From Bugula neritina (lineage: Eukaryota; Animalia; Bryozoa): a DNA stretch of 64,000 nt. The notes under the pieces are model-generated. The model searched no databases, was not told the origin of the DNA, and saw only the letters and a program-made list of their open reading frames with translations. The position numbers and the translations under genes are program-made. The DNA is taken from NCBI GenBank assembly GCA_964035545.1, contig OZ037767.1, positions 14,698,998 to 14,762,997 on the forward strand. The letters are read 5' to 3'. Shown in pieces: positions 10,822 to 23,914 of the stretch; positions within the stretch are counted from its first letter, which is position 1; every line of letters starts with the position of its first letter.

Positions 10822-12568
10822 TTATCTCCCCTCTTCATGTGGAGTTGTATTCTCAGCCTCTTGAAACACCTCATTGCTAGGAGTAGCTTCTGATTGGCTA
10901 ATCTGTTTTGGATGATATTTCAGAGTCAACTCAACTCTGTGAGCTTGAGATTTGGTTGGCCGGAGAAGCCGCTGAGTGACTGCCTATCAGTAAATAAATA
11001 AATAAATATATATATTTTATTATATAGATGTGCGTGCATGCGTGTGTGTGTGTGTGTGCGCGTGCGCGTGCGTGTGCGTGTGTGTGTATTCAACCTGAGG
11101 CAATGCAGTCTTTCCCACCTGCTGTTGGTCATAGCTGTGTCCATTGCCGTTATTTTGAGTGTTGGGACAGGTGGATGGGCCCCCACCCTTGTGACTAGAT
11201 CTTAGGACTGCAGACTTGGTGGGTCTTTGCACTCTGTCTATCACAGTCTTCAGCTCATCTTCTTTGTATTGCTTGAACGCAGGCACTGAGTCAAAGTTTC
11301 GTAGTCTTTGATAAAGGACTCTGTAATACGTGATACATTTATCACTACAGTGATACAATATATACTACAATACTACAGTATACACTACAACAGTACAGTA
11401 CACACTACAATGATACAGTGTAAATTGCAATACATACTACAGATATGTGTTGTATAACTTTTAGAACTAGTAGGTAATATAGCATTACTATTGTATTTAA
11501 AATTTCCCCAACATGGAATAGAGAGCCCATGGGCTAGCTCTAGCTCACAGTATACCCATACATACACAGTATCTTAGAGCCCAGACTACCTCTAGCACAT
11601 GTGTATTTATATATAAACAATTTATCCACGTAGCAAAAAATTAGGATCAAATAGGTTATGTCAAACTGACCAGTCTAAAATACTCACAGCATTATTGTTG
11701 TTTATCCCCATTACAATAAATTAAATAACAAGAAAATGAAATTACAGAAATTGTCTTTCCAGAAGAAATCTCTCTCCAGCTCTTGGAATACTTACGGTAT
11801 GGGTCTACTCTGCCGTGCTTTAATAGAACCCCAATCTTTAGCCTTAGAGCTTACAGTGTGTCTCCTCCAAATTAAAGACATTTCCCAATCTTCCTCAGAA
11901 GGCTTTCTATACTGCTGATACATTTCACCATCAATGTCAAACACTGGCACCATTTTAACTTCTTCTCCCTCTGTAGTGAGTTACGTGCAACAAGTAAAAT
12001 GTGAGAATGAGGTTGCTATACTGCTATGTTACAATACTGGTGACCTCTGCTTTGTGATAAGTAGTCAAAGTGCTAAATTGAATGGCTCAGCCTTTTGTCC
12101 TTTGAAATTGACTGGAATATTGGATTAAGTTGAACATAATTATATTTATATGTTACAGTAGCTATTAATAACTTCACTGTCAGCTTTCACTGCATTTTTT
12201 CACAGTAAATGCGGACTAGAATATCACAGTATTGGGCAGACAATTGCTAGATATGCAAAAACGTTGCCCCCACTGAGAATCAAACCCGCGACCTCCGGCT
12301 TGCAAGCAAGTGTGCTACCATTGCACCACAAGGACTACTGGGTCTAATAGATAGCTGTGAGATCATGTTACCTTACTCATGTTTCAATATATAGTTGCAG
12401 CAGAATTTCATTGATATCTACAAGCAGGTAAGCCTTCCACGAGGTTTGAACAACAAGACAATGATTGCATGTCAAGGTTATTCTACCTCAACTTGTGTAG
12501 TAGAGAGACTTACCACCTTCCATCTGTTCCTGTACCTCCTGATTAGAATCCATTGTGTGGGTGGTCAT
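10822..12568 (-). CDS. Uncharacterised ~205-aa protein with two R..RPTKS motifs
   Basis: Exons 12568-12514, 11970-11796, 11320-11095 and 10983-10822 are all GT-AG. Lengths 55+175+226+162=618 nt give an uninterrupted frame MTTHTMDSNQEVQEQMEGEGEEVKMVPVFDIDGEMYQQYRKP...TTPHEEGR*. Confidence 0.7.
11028..11088. repeat. (GT)n/(GC)n alternating purine-pyrimidine microsatellite
   Basis: GTGCGTGCATGCGTGTGTGTGTGTGTGTGCGCGTGCGCGTGCGTGTGCGTGTGTGTGT within a ~110-bp intron. Confidence 0.9.
12264..12342 (-). mobile_element. tRNA-derived SINE head (family A), copy 2
   Basis: Aligns to 1988-2068 (CCCCACTG..GACCTCCGGCTTGC..TACCA..CACCACAA..ACTGGGT). Confidence 0.7.
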
Positions 12569-13364
12569 GATTTGGCACTAATAAGCAGTAGGAGGTTGTC
12601 ACATACACCCACATAAAATGGCACTAATAACTAAGAACACGGCTATATAGGAAAACTGCAGAAATACAGAATATTGCTGCCCTACACCAACTAACCCATG
12701 TCCTCACAGGACAATGCAATGCACTGCTTACTAAAAATCAGAAGCATAATTTGATAAAAGGCACCGATTATGACAATAGCCATACCTGTTAACTTATCTA
12801 CTGTATATACCCAACAAACCTCTATACCTGTAGCTATGAGTTTTGTAACAGTAAACTAAGAAGTTTTATGATTGATGGTTTGTGTAATAATAAATTATTG
12901 TGTACCAAACACTCATCAGATAGCAAGTGCATCTCAAAAATATTTCACATGTATCCAGGTTTTTAAAACCGATACGACTAAATTAACAACTCTTTATTTT
13001 TACTAAATGAGCCAGTTGTATTTGTGTGTGTGTGTGGGGGGCAAGTTTTGTATCAACTCTACTAACCAGAACACATGCAGATCAGGACCCCAAGAGTTTA
13101 TAATGGAGTACTCATTAATTTACTAAAAAAGCCATGAATAGTGAATATACAGTAGTTTTGAATTATTAATCAATAATGCATAATAATTGATATTTATTTA
13201 GTTAGCTAAATAACACCCTGTCAAATAATGAAATCAGCCATTGCATACTAAGAAAAGAAATCAAAATAAAACCTATCGATTTATCACCCATAAGTAGGTA
13301 GTTATAAATTGTGTTTATTCTATGCACAGAGGGCAACTGGTAAAAAGCATTCCAGTTTATGTAT

Positions 13365-13626
13365 ATTCAGTGTGCTTATTGGATGGTAATATCTTTCTAT
13401 TCAGTGTGCTTATTGGATGGTGATATCTTTCTATTCAGTGTGCTTATTGGATGGTAATATCTTTCTATTCAGTGTGCTTATTGGATGATAATATCTTTCT
13501 ATTTAGTGTGCTTATTGGATGGTAATATCTTTCTATTCAATGTGCTTATTGGATGGTAATATCTTTCTATTCAGTGTGCTTATTGGATGGTAATATCTCT
13601 ATTTAGTGTGCTTATTGGATGGTAAT
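13365..13626. repeat. 34-bp tandem repeat, ~7.5 copies
   Basis: Unit ATTCAGTGTGCTTATTGGATGGTAATATCTTTCT. Confidence 0.92.
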
Positions 13627-13905
13627 AATATATGATGGGCCTATAGTAACACTTATTGAATGTCTGTTGCTAATATATTTGAGTTGAGAATGATGATTGG
13701 ACAACGGTAAATCATTGCACTAATGAGAAAACAGTTTACATAATAAAAAACTGAAATATCAACTCATTGTATTATCAAAATATTAGAAAACAAAAACCGA
13801 GTCAAGTAATTGTGCTATATTTGGTCTAGCATGAGTTCCTGCTCCATAGTAGCCCAAAGTGGGAGGTGAAATGACAGTCTCTGTAGAACATAGCTGACTC
13901 TCAGC

Positions 13906-16900
13906 TCAGCTATCCTCATCATGCTCCAGTTTCTCCCTCAAGTCTGTGCATTTCTTCATCAGGACTTTCAGCGCCTCCGAGACAAGAGTGGCGGCAGGAA
14001 GTGCTCCGGTAGACTCCACCGAAACTGTGACACAGGAAATAGCATGTGACACAGGAAATAGTATGTGACATAGTAAATAGTGTTCGACATAGTAAATAGT
14101 ATTTAAAATTATACATACGTCTGCAACTGACTAAGAGATGACTCACATATAAAATGATCTCTAACTCGACTCAGCAACACTTTGTCCTTCAAGTTGTCGT
14201 GTCTGAACACCTCACGGCTACATGTGTCTAGTCTGGCATTAGCAACGTATGCCTCGTCTTCGCCTGTAATATTAGCGGTATACAGTATAGTAATATTAAC
14301 AATATACAGTATAGTAATATTAACAGTATACAGTATAGTAATATTAACAGTACACAGTATAGTAATATTAACAGTACACAGTATAGTAATAGTAACAGTA
14401 TACAGTATAGTTATAGTAATATTAACAGTACACAGTATAGTAATATTAACAGTATATAGTATAGTAATATTAACAGTATACAGTATAGTAATATTACCAG
14501 TATACAGTATAGTAATATTAACAGTATACAGTATAGTAATATTAACAGTATACAGTATAGTAATATTAACATTATACAGTATAGTAATATTAACAGTATA
14601 TAGTATAGTAATATTAACAGTATACAGTATAGTAATATTAACAATATACAGTATAGTAATATTAACAGTATACAGTATAGTAATATTAACAGTATACAGT
14701 ATAGTAATATTAACAGTATACAGTATAGTAATAGTAACAGTATACAGTATAGTAATATTAACAGTACACAGTATAGTAATATTAACAGTATACAGTATAG
14801 TAATATTAACAGTATACAGTATAGTAATATCAACAGTATACAGTATAGTAATATTACCAGTATACAGTATAGTAATATTAACAGTATACAGTATAGTAAT
14901 ATTAACAGTACACAGTATAGTAATATTAACAATATACAGTATAGTAATATTAACAGTATACAGTATAGTAATATTAACAGTATACAGTATAGTAATATTA
15001 ACAGTATACAGTATAGTAATATTAACAGTATACAGTATAGTAATATTAACAGTATACAGTATAGTAATATTAACAGTACACAGTATAGTAATATTAACAG
15101 TATACAGTATAGTAATATTAACAGTATACAGTATAGTAATATTAACAGTACACAGTATAGTAATATTAACAGTACACAGTATAGTAATATTAACAGTACA
15201 CAGTATAGTAATATTAACAGTATATAGTATAGTAATATTAACAGTATACAGTATAGTAATATTACCAGTATACAGTATAGTAATATTAACAGTATACAGT
15301 ATAGTAATATTAACAGTACACAGTATAGTAATATTAACAGTATACAGTATAGTAATATTAACAGTATACAGTATAGTAATATTAACAGTATACAGTATAG
15401 TAATATTAACAGTATACAGTATAGTAATAGTAACAGTATACAGTATAGTAATATTAACAGTACACAGTATAGTAATATTAACAGTATACAGTATAGTAAT
15501 ATTAACAGTATACAGTATAGTAATATCAACAGTATACAGTATAGTAATATTACCAGTATACAGTATAGTAATATTAACAGTATACAGTATAGTAATATTA
15601 ACAGTACACAGTATAGTAATATTAACAATATACAGTATAGTAATATTAACAGTATACAGTATAGTAATATTAACAGTACACAGTATAGTAATATTAACAG
15701 TATAGAGTATAGTAATATTAACAGTATACAGTATAGTAATATTAACAGTATACAGTATAGTAATATTAACAGTATACAGTATAGTAATATTAACAGTATA
15801 CAGTATAGTAATATTAACAGTACACAGTATAGTAATATTAACAGTACACAGTATAGTAATATTAACAGTATACAGTATAGTAATATTAACAGTACACAGT
15901 ATAGTAATATCAACAGTATACAGTATAGTAATATTAACAGTATATAGTATAGTAATATTAACAGTATACAGTATAGTAATATTAACAGTATACAGTATAG
16001 TAATATTAACAGTATACAGTATAGTAATATTAACATTATACAATATAGTAATATTAACAGTACACAGTATAGTAATATTAACATTATACAGTATAGTAAT
16101 ATTAACAATATACAGTATAGTAATATTAACAGTATACAGTATAGTAATATTAACAGTATACAGTATAGTAATATTAACAGTATACAGTATAGTAATATTA
16201 ACAGTATACAGTATAGTAATATTAACAGTATACAGTATAGTAATATTAACAGTATACAGTATAGTAATATTAACAGTATACAGTATAGTAATATTAACAG
16301 TACACAGTATAGTAATATTAACAGTATACAGTATAGTAATATTAACAGTATACAGTATAGTAATATTAACAGTATACAGTATAGTAATATTAACAGTATA
16401 CAGTATAGTAATATTAACAGTATACAGTATAGTAATATTAACAGTATACAGTATAGTAATATTAACAGTATACAGTATAGTAATATTAACAGTATACAGT
16501 ATAGTAATATTAACAGTATACAGTATAGTAATATTAACAGTATACAGTATAGTAATATTAACAGTATACAGTATAGTAATATTAACAGTATACAGTATAG
16601 TAATATTAACAGTATACAGTATAGTAATATTAACAGTATACAGTATAGTAATATTAACAGTATACAGTATAGTAATATTAACAGTATACAGTATAGTAAT
16701 ATTAACAGTATACAGTATAGTAATATTAACAATACACAGTAAAGTAATATTAACAGTATATAGTATAGTAATATTAACAGTACACAGTATAGTAATATTA
16801 ACAATATAATTGCACTACTAGATGCCAAATCTTTAAGAAAAAGCTATGCTTTTTAATGTGTTATTTTATCCAAATCAATTATTCATAAGTATTGGAGTTG

Positions 16901-19900
16901 CCCTTTCAGCTAAATAGTAAGGTTTCTCTATTTATAACAAGGAAAATAATGCTCTATGAATGGACTATAAAATGTAGAACTCAAATTAGAAAAAAAAACA
17001 TGGATGCACACAAGCAAATGAGAATAGAATAGCATGAAATTCTTTCACCAAAGCTTAAGGTGATCAAATGCTATTCTAGCACTTATATTGAAAGAGGCGC
17101 AAAACTATATGATGTAAACTTTAAGGAATTTTAAAGTAATGTTGTTTTTTACCTTAAGAGCGTAATTTAAAACAGACAAGAGGCATACCGTTTTCATTAG
17201 TTCTGATTCCAATCACACCGTCACTGAAGCACTCTTTCAGCTTGTGAGCATCGGAGCCTGTGATTGGCTGTGTGAGGGTGATCTCTGGCAGAAGACGGTA
17301 ATGCGCTGTCGCTGTAACACAACGTACTTAACAATCAGCTGTACTTGCTTTCAGAAAAAAACCTACGCTAACAGTTTTCTGGTATTTCACTTCTATATAA
17401 TATGTACAACTAGCTGCATTCAACTGTGATGAAGGAGTGCATATTGAAATCAAGCAAAGCACAGTATTGCAACTGAGCATATTGTGTTATCACACGCTAA
17501 TAGTGAAAGGTGACAATAATACATGGATTTACATAGTATATGTAAGATTATTTTTACATGCACAAAGTGACCGTAGGTAACATATCTAGTGAATCGCAGG
17601 TAAAATACTACGTGAACCACAGCTAAAACATTAGTTGAACCGCAGGTAAAAGATGTAATGAAACGTAAGTAAGATAGGTAGACTGTAGAGAAATCGTAGG
17701 TAAAAGATGCAGTGAAGCGCAGGTAAAAGATGTTGCCAAGACTCACCGACAGGGGAGAATTTGGCGTGGTCTCTGCCGATTCCTTTCACGCAGTCCATCC
17801 GCAGGTCGAGTATTTGCCCAGGTTTCAGCTTGTTGATTAGTATGTCAGGGTGAACAGGAGTTATGCTCCCCTCAGGGTACTGTATTATATAACATTACAG
17901 TCATATGTCAATGTTTATACTACCATGAACTGCATATAATGTATGTGACAGAGATTAGGTAATGGCAGCAAAGTCACAGCTCAGCCGTTGAACAATATTG
18001 AGTTCTGCTATTTCATTGCATATATTTATTAACTTTATGGTGATTTGTAAAAAAGGCGCAGATGCCCAGGTATATTAATTCAAAAATGCCTTGGAATTGC
18101 CCCACAAACATATATATTTCAGGAAATATTGCTCAAGAAAAATATTATGAAATATTTTTCTGCAATTAAATTGCTAACGTGCAGCAGCTGATAAATATTC
18201 AAAAGCCATCTTCATCAGGTGTAGAGTATACTATCCAAGTGGAAATTACCAGCAAAGAAGTTTCCAGAATATACTAACCAGGTCGGCCTGGTTGCCCACA
18301 GGCACCCACACCATATCTCTTGTGTATACATTGTTATGTTTGTAGAGGACGTCAGGCTGAGTGGCGTCAGCGGGGGCGCTGCTGTTGTGAGTGCACTTGA
18401 CCTTCAGGGCAAAGCTGATGGTGTCCTCAGCCGACCCCTCCTCCTGATCTACAAACAGACAACAGAACTCCAACTAAGACGACACCAGAAGACACTTCTC
18501 TTGGCTTTAGATTTCTTCTAATTCAAAACTAGGCAGCCTCCTTCCTCTTTAGAAACATCGATAGGATAAATTTTTTAAGTTTTGAAATAGACACCCCTTT
18601 AGCCACTCACAGCATTGAAAAGTTTCTCTCAATTAGTATACACTAAAAACTACACAAATATATTATATTCAATTTTGCAACATTTAAAAAATCTATATGT
18701 CAGAGAACAATATAAAGAGAATAGCGATATAACAAACAGCTACACAGTAAATTATAAGTGAAAATATGACACGTTACCAGTGCCTTGGGCTGAGTTTGGA
18801 GTTACGTTACCTACTATGGGATGATTCAGTCAACTAACAATATAAAACAAAACACTGAAATACAATACAAATCCCTTAAAATTGTCAATTGGCTCAGTCC
18901 AGTTTATTTAGTACAAACTGAATTTGAGTTTGTCAGTTTATATATTGTAATTTTACAAAGTGATCTAACCTGGCTGTCTGTATTCAAACATTCTAGGGTC
19001 AGCTTTGATTGGAATGAGACCTAGCCTGTGTGCTAGCACTTCATCTTGTATAAGGGACGTGTTATTAAATACATACACCTTCTCTATAGCCATGGTAGGA
19101 ACCTAAACAGTAGTTGTGCAGACTCAAAGTAAATACAACTTAGTTCAGTGCATCACAATATTGACTCCATTTCAGCTGGAGAGATCAAGTACAAAAAGGA
19201 CAACAAGCTGGAGAGATCATATGCAGGGAAGACAACAAGATGCTGACACCAGAACACGTTGGTGATTTAGACAGACCGATAGATCTTAGGATTAATTGCC
19301 GAGAACTATTAATATCAGTTGTCAGATGCCCAACACTCTTCTCTATCACCAACTACTACCATATTATTTCATATATGTTAAGTAACCAGTTGAATGTTGC
19401 AGTTCTTTTCCAAGAAACTTTCCATGTCTATTTTAAAAGTGTCAATACACTACACTGACTATACACTACACTGACTATACACTACACAGACTATACACTA
19501 TACTGACTATACACTACACTGACTATACACTATACTGACTATACACTATAGTGACTATACACTATAGTGACTATACACTATACTGACTATACACTATACT
19601 GACTATACACTATACTGACTATACACTACACTGACTATACACTACACTGACTATACACTACACTGACTATACACTACACTGACTATACACTATACTGACT
19701 ATACACTATACTGACTATACACTATACATACTATACACTATACTGACTATACACTACACTGACTATACACTATACTGACTATACACTATACTGACTATAC
19801 ACTATACATACTATACACTATACTGACTATACACTATACTGACAATAACCCTTAGCAAAGAGTACCTCTGCTAGAAGGATGCGTCGTAACGAGTTAGCTA

Positions 19901-21271
19901 TAGCGGCATCCACACCAACCAAATCAAACTCCAGTTCATCTTCTTTCTCGCTGATTATATCCACTCGAACACCCTGTATCAAATATTCACATGACTATGA
20001 GTTTATTAGTTTTGTAATTCACAAACCTGTACTATTATTGTACATTATACATCACTCTCATCACAATAATGCAAAATTTACACATTATTTTCACATAACT
20101 ATGTTTGTTCGGCTATATTCACACAGTCATATAGGTGTTGCTATATACTTTTACCGCAATAATTATATAGCTTTCATACTTTCATACTTGAACTGACCTT
20201 TGTGAACTTGTTAATATCAAACTCTCCATCAGTTGAACCAGCGTATGCGTTAGGGAAATCGGTAGTATTCGTCTATAGTTAATAAAACATCAAAATAAGT
20301 CAAAAAGACAAAACAAAAATTTGTTGTTTCTAAATCAGAAATTGAAAAAACTAAGCTTTTCACTACCATAGAGCACAGCTCAAAGTCAATTTAAATATTT
20401 AACTACTATGTTAATGAACTTCATTTTAAGAAAAGCTGAATTTATCATACAACAGTAAAAAAACTTAAAAAACTGCTTTTCATTAAATTTAATTTTAGGT
20501 AATGATTATTGCGCTTAGAGTTAGTAGCAATAGTAATGAAGTTAACTATTACTATATTACTATTCGGAAACAAATTAATTTTTTTTAACTTCAATTTCAT
20601 TATGATAATTTTGACTCTATTAAACATGATTATTCAAGAAAATAAAAATCACAATATTAATTTCAAGTATGCGAACTAACATAACTTTGAAGTGAGTTGT
20701 TAGGATCAGCAACTGCAAGTGGTAAAACAACAAATGCAATCACCATGCCAATAGTTAAAGATTATAAGTTATAATTTAATTTTAGCAATGTCTCAATGGC
20801 TAATAAATATAATTAATTCTTACACAATATTCAATATGAAATTGAATAACACTGTTGTCTGTTAGACTTAGTGTTACACTGTTAGTGTAATACAGCCACA
20901 CTTAGTCTTACAGTTACTGCAACTGTTAGTGTTACGGCTAGTTACAGAAACTGCAAGTTGAGCGTAACTGTAACATTGACTGTGTAAGTGGAACAGTAAC
21001 ACTAACGGTAACTCTAAGAGTAAGAGTTAGAGTTACTACGACTAAGAGTAAGACTACGAGTACGAGTAAGTAACTAACTAATATTGGCAAGTAAGACCAC
21101 ATTTACTTATGATTTGAATCCTAGAGTAATAATTATAATGAAGTGATAATCATAATGTCCTAAGGCTAATAAGCTTCAAGAATTGGTGCTTACGTTTATG
21201 ATTTGATGTTCTTTCAGATCCACCCGTTCTTTTATCCGCTTTAAACACGACTTTAATTTGACAGGCTCCAT
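13906..21271 (-). CDS. POLR1C: DNA-directed RNA polymerases I and III subunit RPAC1
   Basis: Nine exons: 21271-21194, 20272-20198, 19973-19866, 19102-18970, 18448-18279, 17879-17747, 17311-17189, 14263-14147, 14024-13906. Signature peptides [95 protein letters not shown]. Confidence 0.97.
14266..16806. repeat. 24-bp intronic satellite, ~106 copies, in POLR1C intron 7
   Basis: Unit CAGTATAGTAATATTAACAGTATA. Confidence 0.98.
17570..17732. repeat. Degenerate ~29-bp tandem repeat next to a POLR1C donor site
   Basis: Recurring CGCAGGTAAAA/CGTAGGTAA cores at ~29-bp spacing. Confidence 0.6.
19447..19843. repeat. 16-bp minisatellite, ~25 copies
   Basis: Unit ACTGACTATACACTA(C/T). Confidence 0.95.
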
Positions 21272-23914
21272 TGAAAAATTGTGGCACTGATCATTTAGTA
21301 ACTATAGATTATTTTAAATGTTAAAGAACACGTGAGTCAAAATGTAAACAACGATAACTCTATAACTGCAAGCTTCAGATTTATTTTTAACTAGTTGTTC
21401 ACTAGTTGATAAGTAATGAAAACGCTGCAACAAACCTTGCTTAAATTGGAGGAAGTTGTGTAGAATAGATATAAATGGTTTCGCTAAAAATTCCGACTAT
21501 AGTTATCAGCAGTATGAACTTTAACCCTTTGGTTATCAGTTTAAAACAATAGAGCGCAATAATTTCTTAATAACCACTTAATAATGCATATAGTATAAAG
21601 TTATATTTATTGAACAACATAATAATACTATATGCTTATAGTAAAAAAGCTGCTTCAAAAAGCTTTCAAAAAAATTTACGAGAGGTGGTGCTAGTTACTT
21701 GACAAGTTATAGACAACTCTGCACTAGTTATAATTCGGGGCTATTTCGTTTGTAATTACTTGCGAGGCTAACCTTTGACCGCCGTTAAGATTTGAAATAA
21801 AATTGTGGTTTCTGTGCTATGGCGGGATATGTTAGGCCATGCGCGAACAAGTGACCAACTATAAACCATAAATGTAAACAAATTAAACTAAAACTCCCTA
21901 GATATATATTATAATTTTATTACATTTACATATTATAAATCTTTCCACAGCCATTAAGTAATTCTACTAAGTAATTAGTGTAAACTGTTAGGTGTTTTAC
22001 AAATAATTAATAAATTGCAATCAGTAATTTTTATGAAACAGTACTCAGTTAGTGTTACACTTAGTGACTTACTGTTAGTGTTACTGAGTTAGTGACTCAG
22101 TACTCAGTACTGAGTACCTGTACTCACTGTCAACTATTACTATTAGTATTACTAAGAACTGATAGTCATACTCAATCTCATAGTGATAGTGATACTCATG
22201 CTGATTGATACTGATTACTGATACTCACAGTCACTGACAGTCAGGCTGATAGTGATAGTCATAGTGATACTTATACTCAAACTTATACTTATAGTTATAC
22301 TTATAGTTCATGTTAATTGTTATAGGTAAAATAATCATTAATATCAATGATAATGTCCTACTTAATCTTATAGTTATAGTAATAGTTAATGTTTTACTTA
22401 CAGTTAATGTTATACTATCAGTATCACTATCAGTATCAGTATGAGTATTACGATCATAATGATAACCATAATGACTTTGATGTGTTTTTGAAGTTGAATT
22501 AAAATTGAAATACCTTTGAATACCGTTGAAGACATAGAACACTTGGAAACACTCAAGGTTATAAAAGTGCCTCATTTGTTTTACAGTGTGGACTAAAAGT
22601 TAGGTGGTAACTGTGTTGATTTTTTTATATGGTCCCTATCCTATGGTGTCTCTAAACTAATTGAGTAATGGTTCGTGTTAAGAAACTACCATGGTATATT
22701 AGTGAGTTTGCATATAATTATATAGATGTTAGTTCACTACCAGCAGCAGACCTAGTGGTTATTGCCATATTATGGCGATATCGTGTGATTTCATTGTATG
22801 CCATTGCCAATATTGGGTGTTGTTCTTCCTGCAAAAGTTTTACAAGATTATTGAGTCAGTGATTAAAATATTAATGAAACTAAACTTAAAATTTTAGTTT
22901 TAATTAAAGTTTAAAATTCAATCTATGCATTTGCAGGTATGCCTGTGGCTATTATAATTCATTAATAGTGTTAGTAATACTAATAATTGTTGAAGATCAA
23001 TAAATTTGAAAATTATTAGTAGTACTAATATAACTAATATTAAAATGATAACTGATATATTATTAATATAATGTAATTATAATATTTATTATTATATTCA
23101 CTATTTACTTTTAGTATTTATTAATTCATATTGGTATTACTATTAGTATAAGATTTAGTATTATTATTGCTGTTAGTATAACTATTAGTATTGCTATTAG
23201 TTTTACTATTCGAGTATCGATATAAATTAAAATAATATTTGTAATCGAACGCCTATAGCTATAGGATATAAATATAAGCATGACTATTAGTTGAAGTTCT
23301 TCTGTATAAGTACAGGACTAGGAATAGCCATAGGACTAGGGATATTAGATTCAGTATGACTATGAGTAACAGTAACTGCAAGACTAAGAGTAGGGGAGAA
23401 TAACTATCACTGTGACTATTAAAATAGTAATCAGACTATTATAATCAGTATGAGAAATATCAATAATGAAATATTTTAATTTATATTATCATCACTTTGT
23501 TGGTGCCTATTACATTACTATTAATATTAGTAAATTAAATGACATTCTGATCCTAATGAATATTTTGCTAAACATGTCTTGGTGAGATTCTCGTTCTAGC
23601 ATAATTGTGCAGTTTTCAAGTTACCTTCTTTTAATAGTGAAACTGAAATAATGAGATGTTCACTGCCATTTTTCTTGTTTAACAAAAATACCTGTTCCCA
23701 TAAAAATAGCGAGTATTAAAATAACTTTGTAATTAGCAAACAATTTAATGCATCACATCTGCTCAGTCCTAAGCATATTAAGAAGTGTTCAGGTACTTTC
23801 AGTTAACTGATGCAGAAGTTCGGCATAATAAAATTCTAGTAAAACGATTTTTTTTTCTATTCAATAGTTTACGAATCTGTATGAAGAAGTATTGATGAGT
23901 AAACACGATTCAAG
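21272..23914. promoter_or_regulatory. Divergent (head-to-head) upstream region shared by POLR1C and the USP37-like gene
   Basis: POLR1C ATG at 21271 (-) and the putative USP ATG at 23915 (+) face away from each other. TSSs are not located; AAATGTAAACA occurs near 21341 and 21870. Confidence 0.45.

Noticed and set aside
14109-16828. Three long ORFs (644, 507 and 805 aa) of NITILYTV / YSIVILTV / LLILLYCI repeats
   Set aside because: These are stop-free frames of the 24-bp intronic satellite. Only 14263-14147 is coding (POLR1C exon 8).
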